Shown here in pieces: positions 26,017 to 36,478 of a stretch of DNA of 63,512 bases. The stretch comes from a virus (lineage: Duplodnaviria; Caudoviricetes). Every line of letters begins with the position of its first letter. Position 1 is the first letter of the stretch. The stretch covers positions 1 through 63,512 of the IMG/VR virus record IMGVR_UViG_3300006802_000101; one strand, written 5' to 3'. Made by a program: the position numbers and the translations under genes. The notes under the pieces are model-generated. The model was not told the origin of the DNA and made no database searches. It saw only the letters and a list, made by a program, of their open reading frames with translations.

Positions 26017-27006
26017 TTACGATACTACGTGGTCTTCCATACTAGTTGAAATAACTTCGTCTAAAGTATTTCCTAATACTAGTTCATCAAAACCATTTTT
26101 ACCCATACCTTTCATTTTGATGTAAACTTTTGAACTCGCTTCATATGCGTTTACAACGCTGTCGTTTCTTAAGAAGCCAGAAGCAGTTTGGTCAGGAAAG
26201 TTTACAACGTTTCCATTTACAGTAAGAGTTTCAAAATCAAGAGGTGCATTAGAACCTAAAGCTCCAATATGATTTATAAACTTAACTTTGTTTGAAGCTG
26301 AATCTAAAGATGTTTCAACTTCTAATATATTAATAAATGGAGAATCAAATCCAGCATTATTAGTTTTAGAAGTATCATAAAAGACAGTCCAGTCATCAGC
26401 AGAACCGCTTTCGTAAGAAAGAATAACTCTATCAGTATTGATTACTAAATTTAAATCAGTACCAGAGTAATCTACTCCATTTTTAGTGTTAATATCAACA
26501 GGAAGTAATTGAGAAGACAAAGCAGAAATGGTGTTTCCAGCGTGGTCTTGTCTAATAACGCCTCTTTTTAATAATAACTCAATTGGTCTAGTGTTAGTGC
26601 AAGTGTCAGCGTAGATAACTTCCGCTTCAATCTTGAAAACATCAGCAGCAACAGTGTCGTTACCAGCAATAGCTTGAGCTGTACCATCTCCCTGAGCATC
26701 AGCAACACTAATTGTGTTTGCGTCATGAACAGCTTGAACATAATAAACTCTGTCTGCAAGAATGTTAGTTGGCTCAATCTCAACTGTGAAATAGATAGCG
26801 TCATCTACTGATAGTCCATGTCCAGTAACTGTGATTTTATCACCAGTTGCAGTTTGAGAAGCAGTAGAGCCAATTTTTGTTTCTATGTCTCTAGCATAGA
26901 TAATTTTATCAGTACTAAGACCGATAGTTTTGTAGCCAGCACTTTCAGACTTAGAGTAATCTACCCCATCGTACTTAATTGCTGGTACTTTTATAAAATT
27001 TGCCAT
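26017..27006 (-). CDS. putative virion structural protein
   Basis: 329 aa; HGLSVDDAIYF...YYVQAV beta module; internal repeat of (D/N)GVDYS. Confidence 0.55.
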   Translation of the reverse strand: MANFIKVPAIKYDGVDYSKSESAGYKTIGLSTDKIIYARDIETKIGSTASQTATGDKITVTGHGLSVDDAIYFTVEIEPTNILADRVYYVQAVHDANTISVADAQGDGTAQAIAGNDTVAADVFKIEAEVIYADTCTNTRPIELLLKRGVIRQDHAGNTISALSSQLLPVDINTKNGVDYSGTDLNLVINTDRVILSYESGSADDWTVFYDTSKTNNAGFDSPFINILEVETSLDSASNKVKFINHIGALGSNAPLDFETLTVNGNVVNFPDQTASGFLRNDSVVNAYEASSKVYIKMKGMGKNGFDELVLGNTLDEVISTSMEDHVVS

Positions 27007-27019
27007 TTTAAAAAATTTT

Positions 27020-27093
27020 TGTTAATAAATAAATAAGTATGTTTACAAATATAAGAAAATAATAGGTTATATCCAATCTTTTTATTATTTTTG
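27020..27093. promoter_or_regulatory. divergent promoters for the inverted cassette and terL
   Basis: minus strand TATATTTG at 27046-27053; plus strand TATTTTTG at 27086-27093; TGTTAATAA at 27020-27028. Confidence 0.55.
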
Positions 27094-27119
27094 TAGAGAC
27101 ACATATATTTTATTTTGTA

Positions 27120-29141
27120 ATGTCCGAAAAGAACATAGATGAAATACAAGGAATATCTGTCTCTGTACCTAAAATACCACCCAGAAAAACAATACAGGGT
27201 TATGGTAAAAAGAAAAGAGAACAGAAATGGGAAAGAAATCCTCTTCCATCAAATTGGGATACCATGTCCGAAGGGGCAAGGTCTAAATTTGTTGAGCAAG
27301 AGTTTATTAGGAGAAGAGACGGATACTGGTTTTATAATAACGGAGAGCCAACATACATTACAGGACTACACTACTACTACTTAAATTGGTGTAAAATAGA
27401 TGTGGGATACCCAAGCTATTGGGATAGAGATAGAAGATTCTTTTTGGTATGGGAGTCTTGCATAAAAGATAACAACTGTTATGGCTTGATAATGCCAAAG
27501 CATAGACGACAAGGAGCATCATGGAAAGCTGCCGCTATAGTTCTAGAAGGAATTACCTCAATGTACAATTCAAATGGAGGAATAATGAGTAAGACTGGTG
27601 CTGACTCCAAAAAGCTTTTTGATAAAGTTGTTTATTTGTTTAGACAGCTACCACCATTCTTTCAGCCGATAATAGAAGGAACTGATTCTCCTAAGACAGT
27701 CTTGTCATTCAAAAAGCCTGGTGAAAGAATCACTAAAAACAAACAAACAGTATCCAAGTCTGAAGCATTGAATAGCCAGATAGATTGGAGAAATACAAAA
27801 AACAACTCTTATGATGGGGACAAGCTAGCTATATTTGTATCCGATGAGGGTGGTAAATGGTTAGAAGCTGATGTATCCAAAAACTGGCAGATTGTAAAGC
27901 CAGCATTATCACAAGGTAGAAAGATTGTGGGTAAAGCATTCTTACCTTCTACTGTAAACGAAATGGAAGCTGGTGGTAAATCATTCAAAGATATATGGGA
28001 TGACTCAGACCAGAATGATAAGGTTGTAGGGACTAACAGGACTAGGTCAGGGTTGTATAGGTATTTTACAGAAGCGTATGACGGTTATGAGGGGTTTATA
28101 GATGAGTACGGAATGTCTGTTATACATACACCCACATCAAAAACTTTTGACTTAGATGGGGATGAGATAACTATAGGTTCAAAAGAATACTTATCTCAGA
28201 TTAGAGATGGTTTGAAAAACGATACAAATAAATTAGCAGAACATAAAAGACAGTTTCCCTGGACACCAGAAGAAGCATTTAGAGTTTCAGTAGACACCTG
28301 TTTGTTTGACGCTGAAAAGATATACCAACAAATAGAATACTTAGAGGTTGTAGGGCCTTCCTTAACAAGTAGAGGTAATTTTATTTGGAAAAATGCAGAA
28401 CAAGATAGTGAGGTCAGATGGATACCAGACAAGAAGGGTAAGTGGGATGTTTCTTGGGTTCCTCCAAATGATGTAGGAATAAATAAAAAGAGACCTCCAA
28501 ACCAAGAGCTTCTTGTTGCTGGTTGTGACCCATTCGACCACGATGTAACTACTGACGGCAGACGTTCAAATGGAGCTGCTTACGTGTTTAAGAAGTTTAA
28601 TATACACGAAGAAGAAAGCCACATGTTTGTTGCCGAATATATTAACAGACCTCCAAAAGCTGAAATGTTTTACGAGGATATGTTAAAAATGTGTGTATTT
28701 TATGGCTGTCAAATACTAGTGGAAAATAATAAAATAGGATTGTTGCAGTACTTCAAGAAAAGAGGGTATGAAAAATATCTTATGGCAAGACCAGAAAGTA
28801 CTCATACAAAGTTTAGTAAAACTAGACAGGTGGAGTTAGGATTACCTACTACAGGTCAAGCTGTTATTAGTGCAATGACTGACGCTTTGCAAGCTTATGT
28901 ATATGATTATATAGGTATTAGAGAAGATGGTACTATGGGTAACTTATTCTTTTTCAACTTATTGAAAGATTTGCTTGAGTTTGACGCAACAAATAGAACT
29001 AAGTTTGATGCCAGTATGGCTGCTGGAATAACATTGCTTGCCGCACAAAAAAATATAAAACCGAAAATAGAAAAGAAAGTATATATACCATTTGTAAAAA
29101 AATATAACAATACTGGTGTAATTTCAAAACTGATTAAATAA
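27120..29141 (+). CDS. terL: terminase large subunit
   Basis: Walker A-like KHRRQGAS, Walker B FVSDEGGK, nuclease AGCDPF, VENNK, FDASMA. Confidence 0.92.
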   Translation: MSEKNIDEIQGISVSVPKIPPRKTIQGYGKKKREQKWERNPLPSNWDTMSEGARSKFVEQEFIRRRDGYWFYNNGEPTYITGLHYYYLNWCKIDVGYPSYWDRDRRFFLVWESCIKDNNCYGLIMPKHRRQGASWKAAAIVLEGITSMYNSNGGIMSKTGADSKKLFDKVVYLFRQLPPFFQPIIEGTDSPKTVLSFKKPGERITKNKQTVSKSEALNSQIDWRNTKNNSYDGDKLAIFVSDEGGKWLEADVSKNWQIVKPALSQGRKIVGKAFLPSTVNEMEAGGKSFKDIWDDSDQNDKVVGTNRTRSGLYRYFTEAYDGYEGFIDEYGMSVIHTPTSKTFDLDGDEITIGSKEYLSQIRDGLKNDTNKLAEHKRQFPWTPEEAFRVSVDTCLFDAEKIYQQIEYLEVVGPSLTSRGNFIWKNAEQDSEVRWIPDKKGKWDVSWVPPNDVGINKKRPPNQELLVAGCDPFDHDVTTDGRRSNGAAYVFKKFNIHEEESHMFVAEYINRPPKAEMFYEDMLKMCVFYGCQILVENNKIGLLQYFKKRGYEKYLMARPESTHTKFSKTRQVELGLPTTGQAVISAMTDALQAYVYDYIGIREDGTMGNLFFFNLLKDLLEFDATNRTKFDASMAAGITLLAAQKNIKPKIEKKVYIPFVKKYNNTGVISKLIK

Positions 29142-31426
29142 TGGAAGACAACAAAAATTACGGAGGATACCCAGACCCATTTGCTTCACAAGAAGAAAAA
29201 CTAGAAAAGTCGTATGGCGTTAGGTATTTTAAAAGAATGTATCATGAGCATATAAACGAAAACAACTTGCTTAATGATAAACATAGAAGATACGAAAAAT
29301 GCAGAAGCTATGCGGATGGTTTACAGTCTATAGACAAATACAAGGATATTGTAGGGGCTGAAGGAGATACTTCGTATCTCAATCTAAACTGGGAAGCATT
29401 ACCTATCATTCCTAAGTTTGTTGATGTTATAACTGGAGGTCTTATAAACCAGGAACACAAGGTTAAATGTACAGCTATAGACCCTATGTCTGTTCAACAA
29501 AGAAATCAAGATAAGCTTGACATAGAGACAGATATGGTTATGAAGGAGTTTAGTGAAAAGATGACTCTAGCTAGCGGTATAGCTTTTAACAAAAACAACG
29601 AGTCTCTTCCTGAAGATAAAGATGAGCTTGACTTGTATATGAATTTAAACTACAAGCAAGCTACAGAGATAGCTATGGAACAAGGTATTGAGTTAACTCT
29701 ATACTTAAATAATTGGAATGAAATTAGAAAAAGAGTTATTAGAGACTTGATAACATTAAATATCGGTGCAACTAAAACTGATGTTATAAATGGTAAGATT
29801 GATATAAGATACGTAGACCCTCAGTATTTGGTTACATCTTATAGTAGCGACCCTTCTTTTAAAAAAATAAATCATGCTGGTGAAATTATATATATCACTA
29901 TACATGAGTTAAGAAAGATGGCTAAAGGAGAGTTTACTGAAGACGAACTAAGAGAGATTGCTGAGTTGAATGTAGGCAAACTTGGTAATCCTAAAAAATT
30001 CAGTTACAAGTCTATCAACTATAATGGTCAGACAGCTCATGCTTACGACTCATACAAAATAGCTGTACTAGATGGTGTGTTTAAGGTTTTTGATAATCTG
30101 GTTTATGAAAAGAAAGAAAACTCATTCGGAGGTTATTCTTATAACAAAAAGAAATCAAACTATAAATTACCTAAGAAATCAAAAAACGAAAGAGAGTTAG
30201 ATTCTAATACTGTTGAAATGGTTTACAAGGGTAAATATATTATTGGAACAGATTACATATTTAACTACGGTCATGCTGATAATATAATTAGACCAAAAAG
30301 TAATCTAACAGAAGCTGTTATACCCTATAGTATTTACTCTCCAAATCTAAAAGACATGGATAGTAAGTCTATAGTAGAAAGAATGATACCTTTTGCAGAC
30401 CAGATACAATTGGCACACCTTAAGATTCAACAGCTTATGGCAAAAGCAAAGCCAAAAGGTTCAGCTATAGAGTTGGGAGCTATAGAAAATGTTACAAAAG
30501 GTGATGGTGGTGTGTTTAGTCCTTTAGAAATACAGGACATATACCAACAAACAGGTAACTTGTACTACAGAATACAACAAGACGATGGAACTCAAGCTCC
30601 TGTAGCACCTATTCAAGAATTAGGAGGTGGTATAGGTGGTGCATTGCAAGAATTAGTTGCTATATACCAATACAACATGCAGATGATTCGTGATGTAACA
30701 GGAATCAATGAAGCTAGAGATGCTAGTATGCCTAGTAAAGATGCTTTAGTTGGTGTTCAAAAGATGGCTGTATTAGCATCTAACAACGCAACTAGATTTT
30801 TGAATCAGGCATACATAAGTATATACGAACATATGTCAAGATGTTTAGCACTTAGAGTTTCAGACCTTGTTAAATATAAAGGAGCATACGAAGGTTATGT
30901 TGAAGCTGTGGGAGAGTATAGTATGAAAGCTATCTCCGTAACTAAAGATGTTACTATGGCTGATTTTGGTATTATGATTGAAGCTTTGCCTGACGAAGAA
31001 GAAAGACAAATGATGGAGCAGAACATTCAGATGTCATTGAAGCAAGATACCCTTAGATTAGAGGATGCTATTATGATTAGAACTGTAAAAAATACAAAAC
31101 TGGCTAATCAAATGTTAATGCAGAGAAGAAAAAAGTATCAGGCTGAAAAAGCTGCTGAAGCACAAAGGAATGCACAGATAAATGCTCAGATACAAAGAGA
31201 GTCTGCTTTATCTAAGGCTCAGGCTGAAACAGCTAGTGCTGCTGAAAAGTCAAAACTAGAAATAGAAAGGATTCAAGTTGAATTTATGCTAAAAGAAGAG
31301 TTTGAGAAAAAACAGCATGAAAGAAAGATGAAAGAACTTGAATTACAAGGAAAAATGAAGGCTGAACACATTGAAATAGCACAAAATGATGTTGAGTCAG
31401 ATATGACAAGAATAAGAAAACAATAA
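29141..31426 (+). CDS. portal protein
   Basis: 761 aa directly after TerL; LPIIPKFVD, IRDVTGINEARD, coiled-coil C-terminus; crAss-like portal. Confidence 0.85.
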   Translation: MEDNKNYGGYPDPFASQEEKLEKSYGVRYFKRMYHEHINENNLLNDKHRRYEKCRSYADGLQSIDKYKDIVGAEGDTSYLNLNWEALPIIPKFVDVITGGLINQEHKVKCTAIDPMSVQQRNQDKLDIETDMVMKEFSEKMTLASGIAFNKNNESLPEDKDELDLYMNLNYKQATEIAMEQGIELTLYLNNWNEIRKRVIRDLITLNIGATKTDVINGKIDIRYVDPQYLVTSYSSDPSFKKINHAGEIIYITIHELRKMAKGEFTEDELREIAELNVGKLGNPKKFSYKSINYNGQTAHAYDSYKIAVLDGVFKVFDNLVYEKKENSFGGYSYNKKKSNYKLPKKSKNERELDSNTVEMVYKGKYIIGTDYIFNYGHADNIIRPKSNLTEAVIPYSIYSPNLKDMDSKSIVERMIPFADQIQLAHLKIQQLMAKAKPKGSAIELGAIENVTKGDGGVFSPLEIQDIYQQTGNLYYRIQQDDGTQAPVAPIQELGGGIGGALQELVAIYQYNMQMIRDVTGINEARDASMPSKDALVGVQKMAVLASNNATRFLNQAYISIYEHMSRCLALRVSDLVKYKGAYEGYVEAVGEYSMKAISVTKDVTMADFGIMIEALPDEEERQMMEQNIQMSLKQDTLRLEDAIMIRTVKNTKLANQMLMQRRKKYQAEKAAEAQRNAQINAQIQRESALSKAQAETASAAEKSKLEIERIQVEFMLKEEFEKKQHERKMKELELQGKMKAEHIEIAQNDVESDMTRIRKQ

Positions 31427-31432
31427 AAAGTT

Positions 31433-31463
31433 TTTGAAATTGTTAATAAATATATTATATTTG
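31433..31463 (+). promoter_or_regulatory. late promoter with TGTTAATAA box in the spacer
   Basis: TTTG-N19-TATATTTG; box at 31441-31449. Confidence 0.75.
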
Positions 31464-31488
31464 CATACTAACCTAAATTTAATTTAAA

Positions 31489-32652
31489 ATGGCGAACAAT
31501 AGATTCGAAGAGCTGATTGCTAAACAATTTGATGCGGCAGCTCAAGAAAAAGGTGTTAAACCTGAAGAAACAAAAAGTGATGAAACCAAAGAAGTTGAAG
31601 CTAGTACAACTAACGAGACAGGAGTGGATGGAAGCACTGAAAGTTCCGAAACCGTACAGGAACAAGAAACTGTACAGCCGGAAGGAGAAACACAAGAAGA
31701 AAGTTCTTTAAATACTGAAAATAAAGAAGAGACTCCAGAAGTATCGGATACTCCTAAACAAAGTGAGGAAGCCAAAACTACTGAACCATCTTATGAGTTT
31801 GAGGATTTACTAATCGAAAAGAGTAATGGTAAGTTTACTACATATGATGAGGTAGCAGAAGCTATAGATGCACTTGAAAAAAGCTCACAAAATCAATTCG
31901 CAAACGAACAGATTGAGAATTTAAACAATTATGTAGCGAATGGGGGTGATATAATGGATTTTCTTACTACTCAATTAACAGACTATGAGTCGATGAGTGA
32001 TGAACAGCTTGTAAAATCTGTATGGTCAATGAATGAAAAAGACTTGACTAGAGATGAAGTTGATATGTTATTCGAAGACTCTTATAAGTTAAATGAGGAA
32101 CAATGGACTGACAGAGAAGTTAAATTAGCGAAGATAAGACTAAAGCGAGATGCTAAGTCTGCTAAAGATGAACTACTTAAGCTTCAGAAACAAAACTCTA
32201 TCCCTAAATCTGTTGCTGACAACAAAGAGCAGTTAGAGGCTCAGGAGAAAGCACAGAAAGAATGGGTTAAGAAAGTTGAGGTTTCAGCTAGACAACTTAA
32301 GAGCATTGACGTAGACGTTAATGAACAAGGAGACAAGTTTAGCTATCAAGTTCCAGAAGATACTGTGAAAACGGTTAGAAAGTCTAATAGAGACTTAAAT
32401 AAATTCTGGTCTAGATACATCAATGAAGATGGGACTGAAGACATGGCTAGTTTAAATAGAGACATGGCTATCTTAAATGACTTTGATAATATTATTAGAG
32501 CTGTTTATTCTCAGGCACGTTCAACTGGTAAGGAGACTGTTGTTAAGGATTTAAAGAATCCTAGTTATACTCCAGAATCTAAACCTAAAACGACTGAGCA
32601 AAAATTGACTATACAGGAACAGATTGCTCAACAACTGAAAAATAATTTTTAA
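31489..32652 (+). CDS. putative capsid scaffolding/assembly protein
   Basis: very acidic low-complexity N-terminus, helical body, located between portal and MCP. Confidence 0.65.
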   Translation: MANNRFEELIAKQFDAAAQEKGVKPEETKSDETKEVEASTTNETGVDGSTESSETVQEQETVQPEGETQEESSLNTENKEETPEVSDTPKQSEEAKTTEPSYEFEDLLIEKSNGKFTTYDEVAEAIDALEKSSQNQFANEQIENLNNYVANGGDIMDFLTTQLTDYESMSDEQLVKSVWSMNEKDLTRDEVDMLFEDSYKLNEEQWTDREVKLAKIRLKRDAKSAKDELLKLQKQNSIPKSVADNKEQLEAQEKAQKEWVKKVEVSARQLKSIDVDVNEQGDKFSYQVPEDTVKTVRKSNRDLNKFWSRYINEDGTEDMASLNRDMAILNDFDNIIRAVYSQARSTGKETVVKDLKNPSYTPESKPKTTEQKLTIQEQIAQQLKNNF

Positions 32653-32671
32653 CCGTATAAATATTAAATAG

Positions 32672-34051
32672 ATGTCTTATACAACTACGCCTGGAATCCC
32701 AAGTGCATTCAAACAGGCAACAAATGAAAACTACGTGTCTTCATTAAGTATTCACCACCCACAAGTGGCTGAAGATTTTGTAGACCGTTATGGAGACCAA
32801 TCATTGATGGGTCTATTAGATGCTTTAGGAGCAAAAGCTCCTGTAGCTGGTAAAGTGTTCGAGCACTATGAGTCTGACTACTTACACCAAAACTTTAAAC
32901 TAAAAACAGCTGCTACTGTACTTGCTACTGGTACAAAAGTTGAGGTTGCTGTAGGTTTTACTTCTACTGGTGCTAACGATGGTAACATTTTCTTAAGAAA
33001 AGGTGACATTGTTATGAACTCTGTAGGAGAAATGGCTTTAGTTACTATAGATGGTGATACATCTGGTCACGCTGCTGACGAGGTTACTTTAATGTCGTAT
33101 GGTGCTGACTGGGCTGCTCAAACTACTACTTCTGAAATTCTTATCGTTGTAGGTAATGAGCACGAAGAAGGTACTGGACAGCCAAAAGGAATCACTCCTA
33201 CTGTTAACAAGTATACTAACTCTGTTGCTATTATGAAAGAATCTTTCGAAGTAACTGGTTCTGAAGCTACAAACAAAATCTGGTTTGAAGTAACTGACCC
33301 TAACACTGGAGAAAGAGGATTTTTATGGTATATCAAAGGTGAGGCTGATACTTACAAGCGTTTTATGAACTATTGTGAGACTCAAATGTTATTAGGTCAA
33401 AAAGCTACTAATGCTTCTTTACCTGGAACTATTGACCAAGGTGGTATCACTGGTACTGAAGGTCTTCTTGAGTTTATCAAGTCTGGTAATCAGCAGTCTT
33501 ACAACCAATTAAGTGGTTTTAACTTGTCTGACTTTGATGCTATGATTCGTAAATTAGACACTCAAAGAGGTGCTAAAGAAAACATGATGTACTGTGGTAT
33601 TGATTTATCTTTAGCTATTGATGATGCTGTAGCTGCAATGTTTGCTGGTGGTGGTATTCAGTATGGTGCTTTCAACGGTGCTGAAGAAATCGCAGTAGCA
33701 TTTGGTTTCAACTCATTCACTCGTGGTGGTTACACATTCCACAAAAAAGTATATGATGCATTCAACTACTCTCCAATGATGGGAGCTGATGGATACAACT
33801 ATGCTGGTATGGGTATGGTAATTCCTGGTGACTCTCAGCGTGACGCTAGAACTCGTGAAGCTATTCCTTCATTGAGAATCCGTTACAAAGCTGCTGAAGG
33901 TTACTCTCGTGAGATGGAGCATTTCTTAACTGGTTCTGCTGGTTTAGCTCAAGTTACTAATGACGAGGATAACATGAAGTGTCACTACAGAACTGAAAGA
34001 GGTTTTGAAGGTTTCGCTAACAACAGATTTATGCTTATCGAAAGAGCATAA
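32672..34051 (+). CDS. major capsid protein
   Basis: 459 aa, strong high-expression codon bias, position after the scaffold gene, GTEGLL and FGFNSFTRGGYTFHK motifs, followed by a terminator. Confidence 0.85.
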   Translation: MSYTTTPGIPSAFKQATNENYVSSLSIHHPQVAEDFVDRYGDQSLMGLLDALGAKAPVAGKVFEHYESDYLHQNFKLKTAATVLATGTKVEVAVGFTSTGANDGNIFLRKGDIVMNSVGEMALVTIDGDTSGHAADEVTLMSYGADWAAQTTTSEILIVVGNEHEEGTGQPKGITPTVNKYTNSVAIMKESFEVTGSEATNKIWFEVTDPNTGERGFLWYIKGEADTYKRFMNYCETQMLLGQKATNASLPGTIDQGGITGTEGLLEFIKSGNQQSYNQLSGFNLSDFDAMIRKLDTQRGAKENMMYCGIDLSLAIDDAVAAMFAGGGIQYGAFNGAEEIAVAFGFNSFTRGGYTFHKKVYDAFNYSPMMGADGYNYAGMGMVIPGDSQRDARTREAIPSLRIRYKAAEGYSREMEHFLTGSAGLAQVTNDEDNMKCHYRTERGFEGFANNRFMLIERA

Positions 34052-34066
34052 TTTATATAGGATTAC

Positions 34067-34102
34067 GGAGGGGGGTGTCACCCCCTCCTAATTCTTTTTT
34101 TT
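34067..34102 (+). terminator. intrinsic terminator after MCP
   Basis: GGAGGGGG/CCCCCTCC stem followed by a T tract. Confidence 0.8.
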
Positions 34103-34127
34103 TAATTTTAATTTAAACTTTAATAAA

Positions 34128-34952
34128 ATGACAAACAATAAAAGAAAACCCACTATTTTCCAGTTAACAAGGATGAATCAAAATCCAGCAACTCAAGGGA
34201 GATACTACCCAATATCATATAGAATACCATCAGTAGATGAGATATTTGATGAAGAGACTGGAACTAACAGAAAAATAAGATACGTTATTGGTGAGCAGTC
34301 TATATTTGAAGACGAGCAAACAACTAAGAATCCTGTAGTCGGTGACATTGTATTTATTAATGGTCAGTTGATTGTTCCTTACCAAAAGCCAGTATTAAGA
34401 GATTTCTTGTTTGCTTCAAACTACAACAAGTCTAATGAAAATAGAATACCAAGCATGAAGCAGATATTCGAAACATTAGATTTTGAAAAAGAAGCAAAAG
34501 AAGATTTAGAATCTTTAGAGTTAGAGTTTCAGGCAATTGAAATGGCTATGAATATTGAACCACAAGAGATGGTTGCTTTATGCAAAGTCTTAGGTATTAA
34601 TACAGACCGTTCAATGTATGAAATCAAGCATGACTTTATGAGATTTGTTAAGAATAATCCATTCGATTTTATTGAAAGTCTTAATGACCCAAGAATAGAG
34701 CGTAAGCAAGTTATTGTGGAAGCTTTGGATAATAAAATCATTTCCTCAAACACAACAAAAAGAACTATAGATTGGGGAGGTAAAAATGGACAAACAATTT
34801 CTATCGTTCCAATAGGTGTAGACCCTATAGATTCTTTTGTAGAGTTTACATTTGAAAAAGACGGAGAAGAAGTTTATAGAAGAGTTGTAAGTATGTTAGA
34901 GGCTAAGTTAAAGCCTAAAAAACAAACTGCAAAGAAAGCTAAGGCTGAATAG
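34128..34952 (+). CDS. conserved protein downstream of MCP
   Basis: RKIRY..GEQSIFEDEQ...IVFINGQL pattern; crAss-like gene order. Confidence 0.65.
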   Translation: MTNNKRKPTIFQLTRMNQNPATQGRYYPISYRIPSVDEIFDEETGTNRKIRYVIGEQSIFEDEQTTKNPVVGDIVFINGQLIVPYQKPVLRDFLFASNYNKSNENRIPSMKQIFETLDFEKEAKEDLESLELEFQAIEMAMNIEPQEMVALCKVLGINTDRSMYEIKHDFMRFVKNNPFDFIESLNDPRIERKQVIVEALDNKIISSNTTKRTIDWGGKNGQTISIVPIGVDPIDSFVEFTFEKDGEEVYRRVVSMLEAKLKPKKQTAKKAKAE

Positions 34953-34976
34953 CCACATAGTTTATACAGATTTTGG

Positions 34977-35010
34977 AAGGGGGAATAAATTAACATTCCC
35001 CTTTCTTTTT
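34977..35010 (+). terminator. intrinsic terminator
   Basis: GGGGAAT-N8-ATTCCCC hairpin plus T tract; a TATATTTG promoter element follows at 35025-35032. Confidence 0.6.
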
Positions 35011-35051
35011 AACATTTTTTTTCGTATATTTGTAGATACTCAACCTAGAAT

Positions 35052-35834
35052 ATGATAAGAACAATCGACATAGATGAAATGTACAGGTTTGTACAGTTTA
35101 TTGCAAACAAAGAACAATCTGGGTTTATTAAGCCTTCAGAATTTAACTTAGCAGCACAACAAGCTCAAATTCAGTTGTTTACTGAGCGTTACGGTCACCC
35201 TTCAGAGTATACTATGGGCAACCCTATACCAGTTACTGGTGGTTATGCACAGAGCCAAAAGCTTCAAGATGATTTTAATCCTTTTATTATGTCCGCTTCT
35301 TTTAATGGTGGTGATATAAGATTAAACTCCTTAACTTGTGATTATGCTCACCTTGTAGCTATATATGGAGACACAGGTCAGAGGGTAAAGTTAGTTGGTT
35401 TAGATGAGTATGCAGAAATGACGACATCTCAGTTGTACGCTCCAAGTAGTTCATATCCAGTTGCTTACTTTGCAGATAGGATGAGAATAAATATTGATGG
35501 AGTAAATTCAGGTACGGTTTATTACCTAAGATACCCTAACGACCCTAACTGGGATTATTTTAAAGATAATTCTGGAAAACCTTTAGATTCTTCTGGAGGT
35601 AGTATTGTAACATATCCTGTTTTTGACGACTCTCCTTCAGGCAATGTATACAACGATGAGACAGGTTACAATTGTAATAACACTGGAAACCCTTACGATA
35701 ACTGTGTTAATTTTGAGTTTCCTTACGATTGTTTTAATGAAATAGCTATAAAAATATTAAGTTTTGTTGGTATAAACTTGAGAGAGCAAGCTTTAACACA
35801 GTACACGGAACTTAAAGAACAACAAGGTATATAA
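35052..35834 (+). CDS. tail ring/adaptor protein
   Basis: NKEQSGFIKPSEFNLAAQQAQ...YLRYP..PNW...ILSFVGINLRE. Confidence 0.65.
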   Translation: MIRTIDIDEMYRFVQFIANKEQSGFIKPSEFNLAAQQAQIQLFTERYGHPSEYTMGNPIPVTGGYAQSQKLQDDFNPFIMSASFNGGDIRLNSLTCDYAHLVAIYGDTGQRVKLVGLDEYAEMTTSQLYAPSSSYPVAYFADRMRINIDGVNSGTVYYLRYPNDPNWDYFKDNSGKPLDSSGGSIVTYPVFDDSPSGNVYNDETGYNCNNTGNPYDNCVNFEFPYDCFNEIAIKILSFVGINLREQALTQYTELKEQQGI

Positions 35835-36478
35835 TGGCAACTAAAGTATCATTAGCAGAACAGGTAAAAAGAATGCTATCTGGTGGAGACCCACGTTCAG
35901 ATAGTGATATTGATATAAGAGAGTTAGTTCAAGCTGTAGAAAGTACAAGAGATAGGGTTCAGTACGAGGTCTTGGTTAATTCTGCTGAAAATGCTATGAA
36001 TCCTTCTTTTACTGACACTGAGTTATTTAGCCAGTTAGTTATAAAGCAAAGTGTTAGCAGTGTTTCTGGAGAGGGTGGTTATAAGCATTACATTAAGGAT
36101 TACTTAAGTTTACCAGATGATAAGGGATTGTTTTACGTTCAAAAAGCTGATAAGAATACAGAGTTTGATACCCTTTTAAGAGCACAAGGAACTCCAGCTT
36201 TTTGGAGGTTTAACCCTGAAAATGTGTCTTACGAAGGGTTAGTTGCTTATTGGGTTTTAAGGGATACTTCAGGCCCTTACATTTGGACTATAAAAAACCC
36301 TAACGGACTTACAGTTCATCTTATACCTTTAACTAGAGAGCTTGGAGATACTGTAGAGCTTCCTGGTGGAGGATTTATAGACGATATGGTAGTTCAAAGA
36401 GTATATGAGATGTATGCAAGTGCAACTCAAATACCAAAAGACAATCTTGGTGATAATGTACCAAAAATAAATAGATAA
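35834..36478 (+). CDS. putative tail ring protein
   Basis: 214 aa, coupled within the tail operon. Confidence 0.5.
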   Translation: MATKVSLAEQVKRMLSGGDPRSDSDIDIRELVQAVESTRDRVQYEVLVNSAENAMNPSFTDTELFSQLVIKQSVSSVSGEGGYKHYIKDYLSLPDDKGLFYVQKADKNTEFDTLLRAQGTPAFWRFNPENVSYEGLVAYWVLRDTSGPYIWTIKNPNGLTVHLIPLTRELGDTVELPGGGFIDDMVVQRVYEMYASATQIPKDNLGDNVPKINR

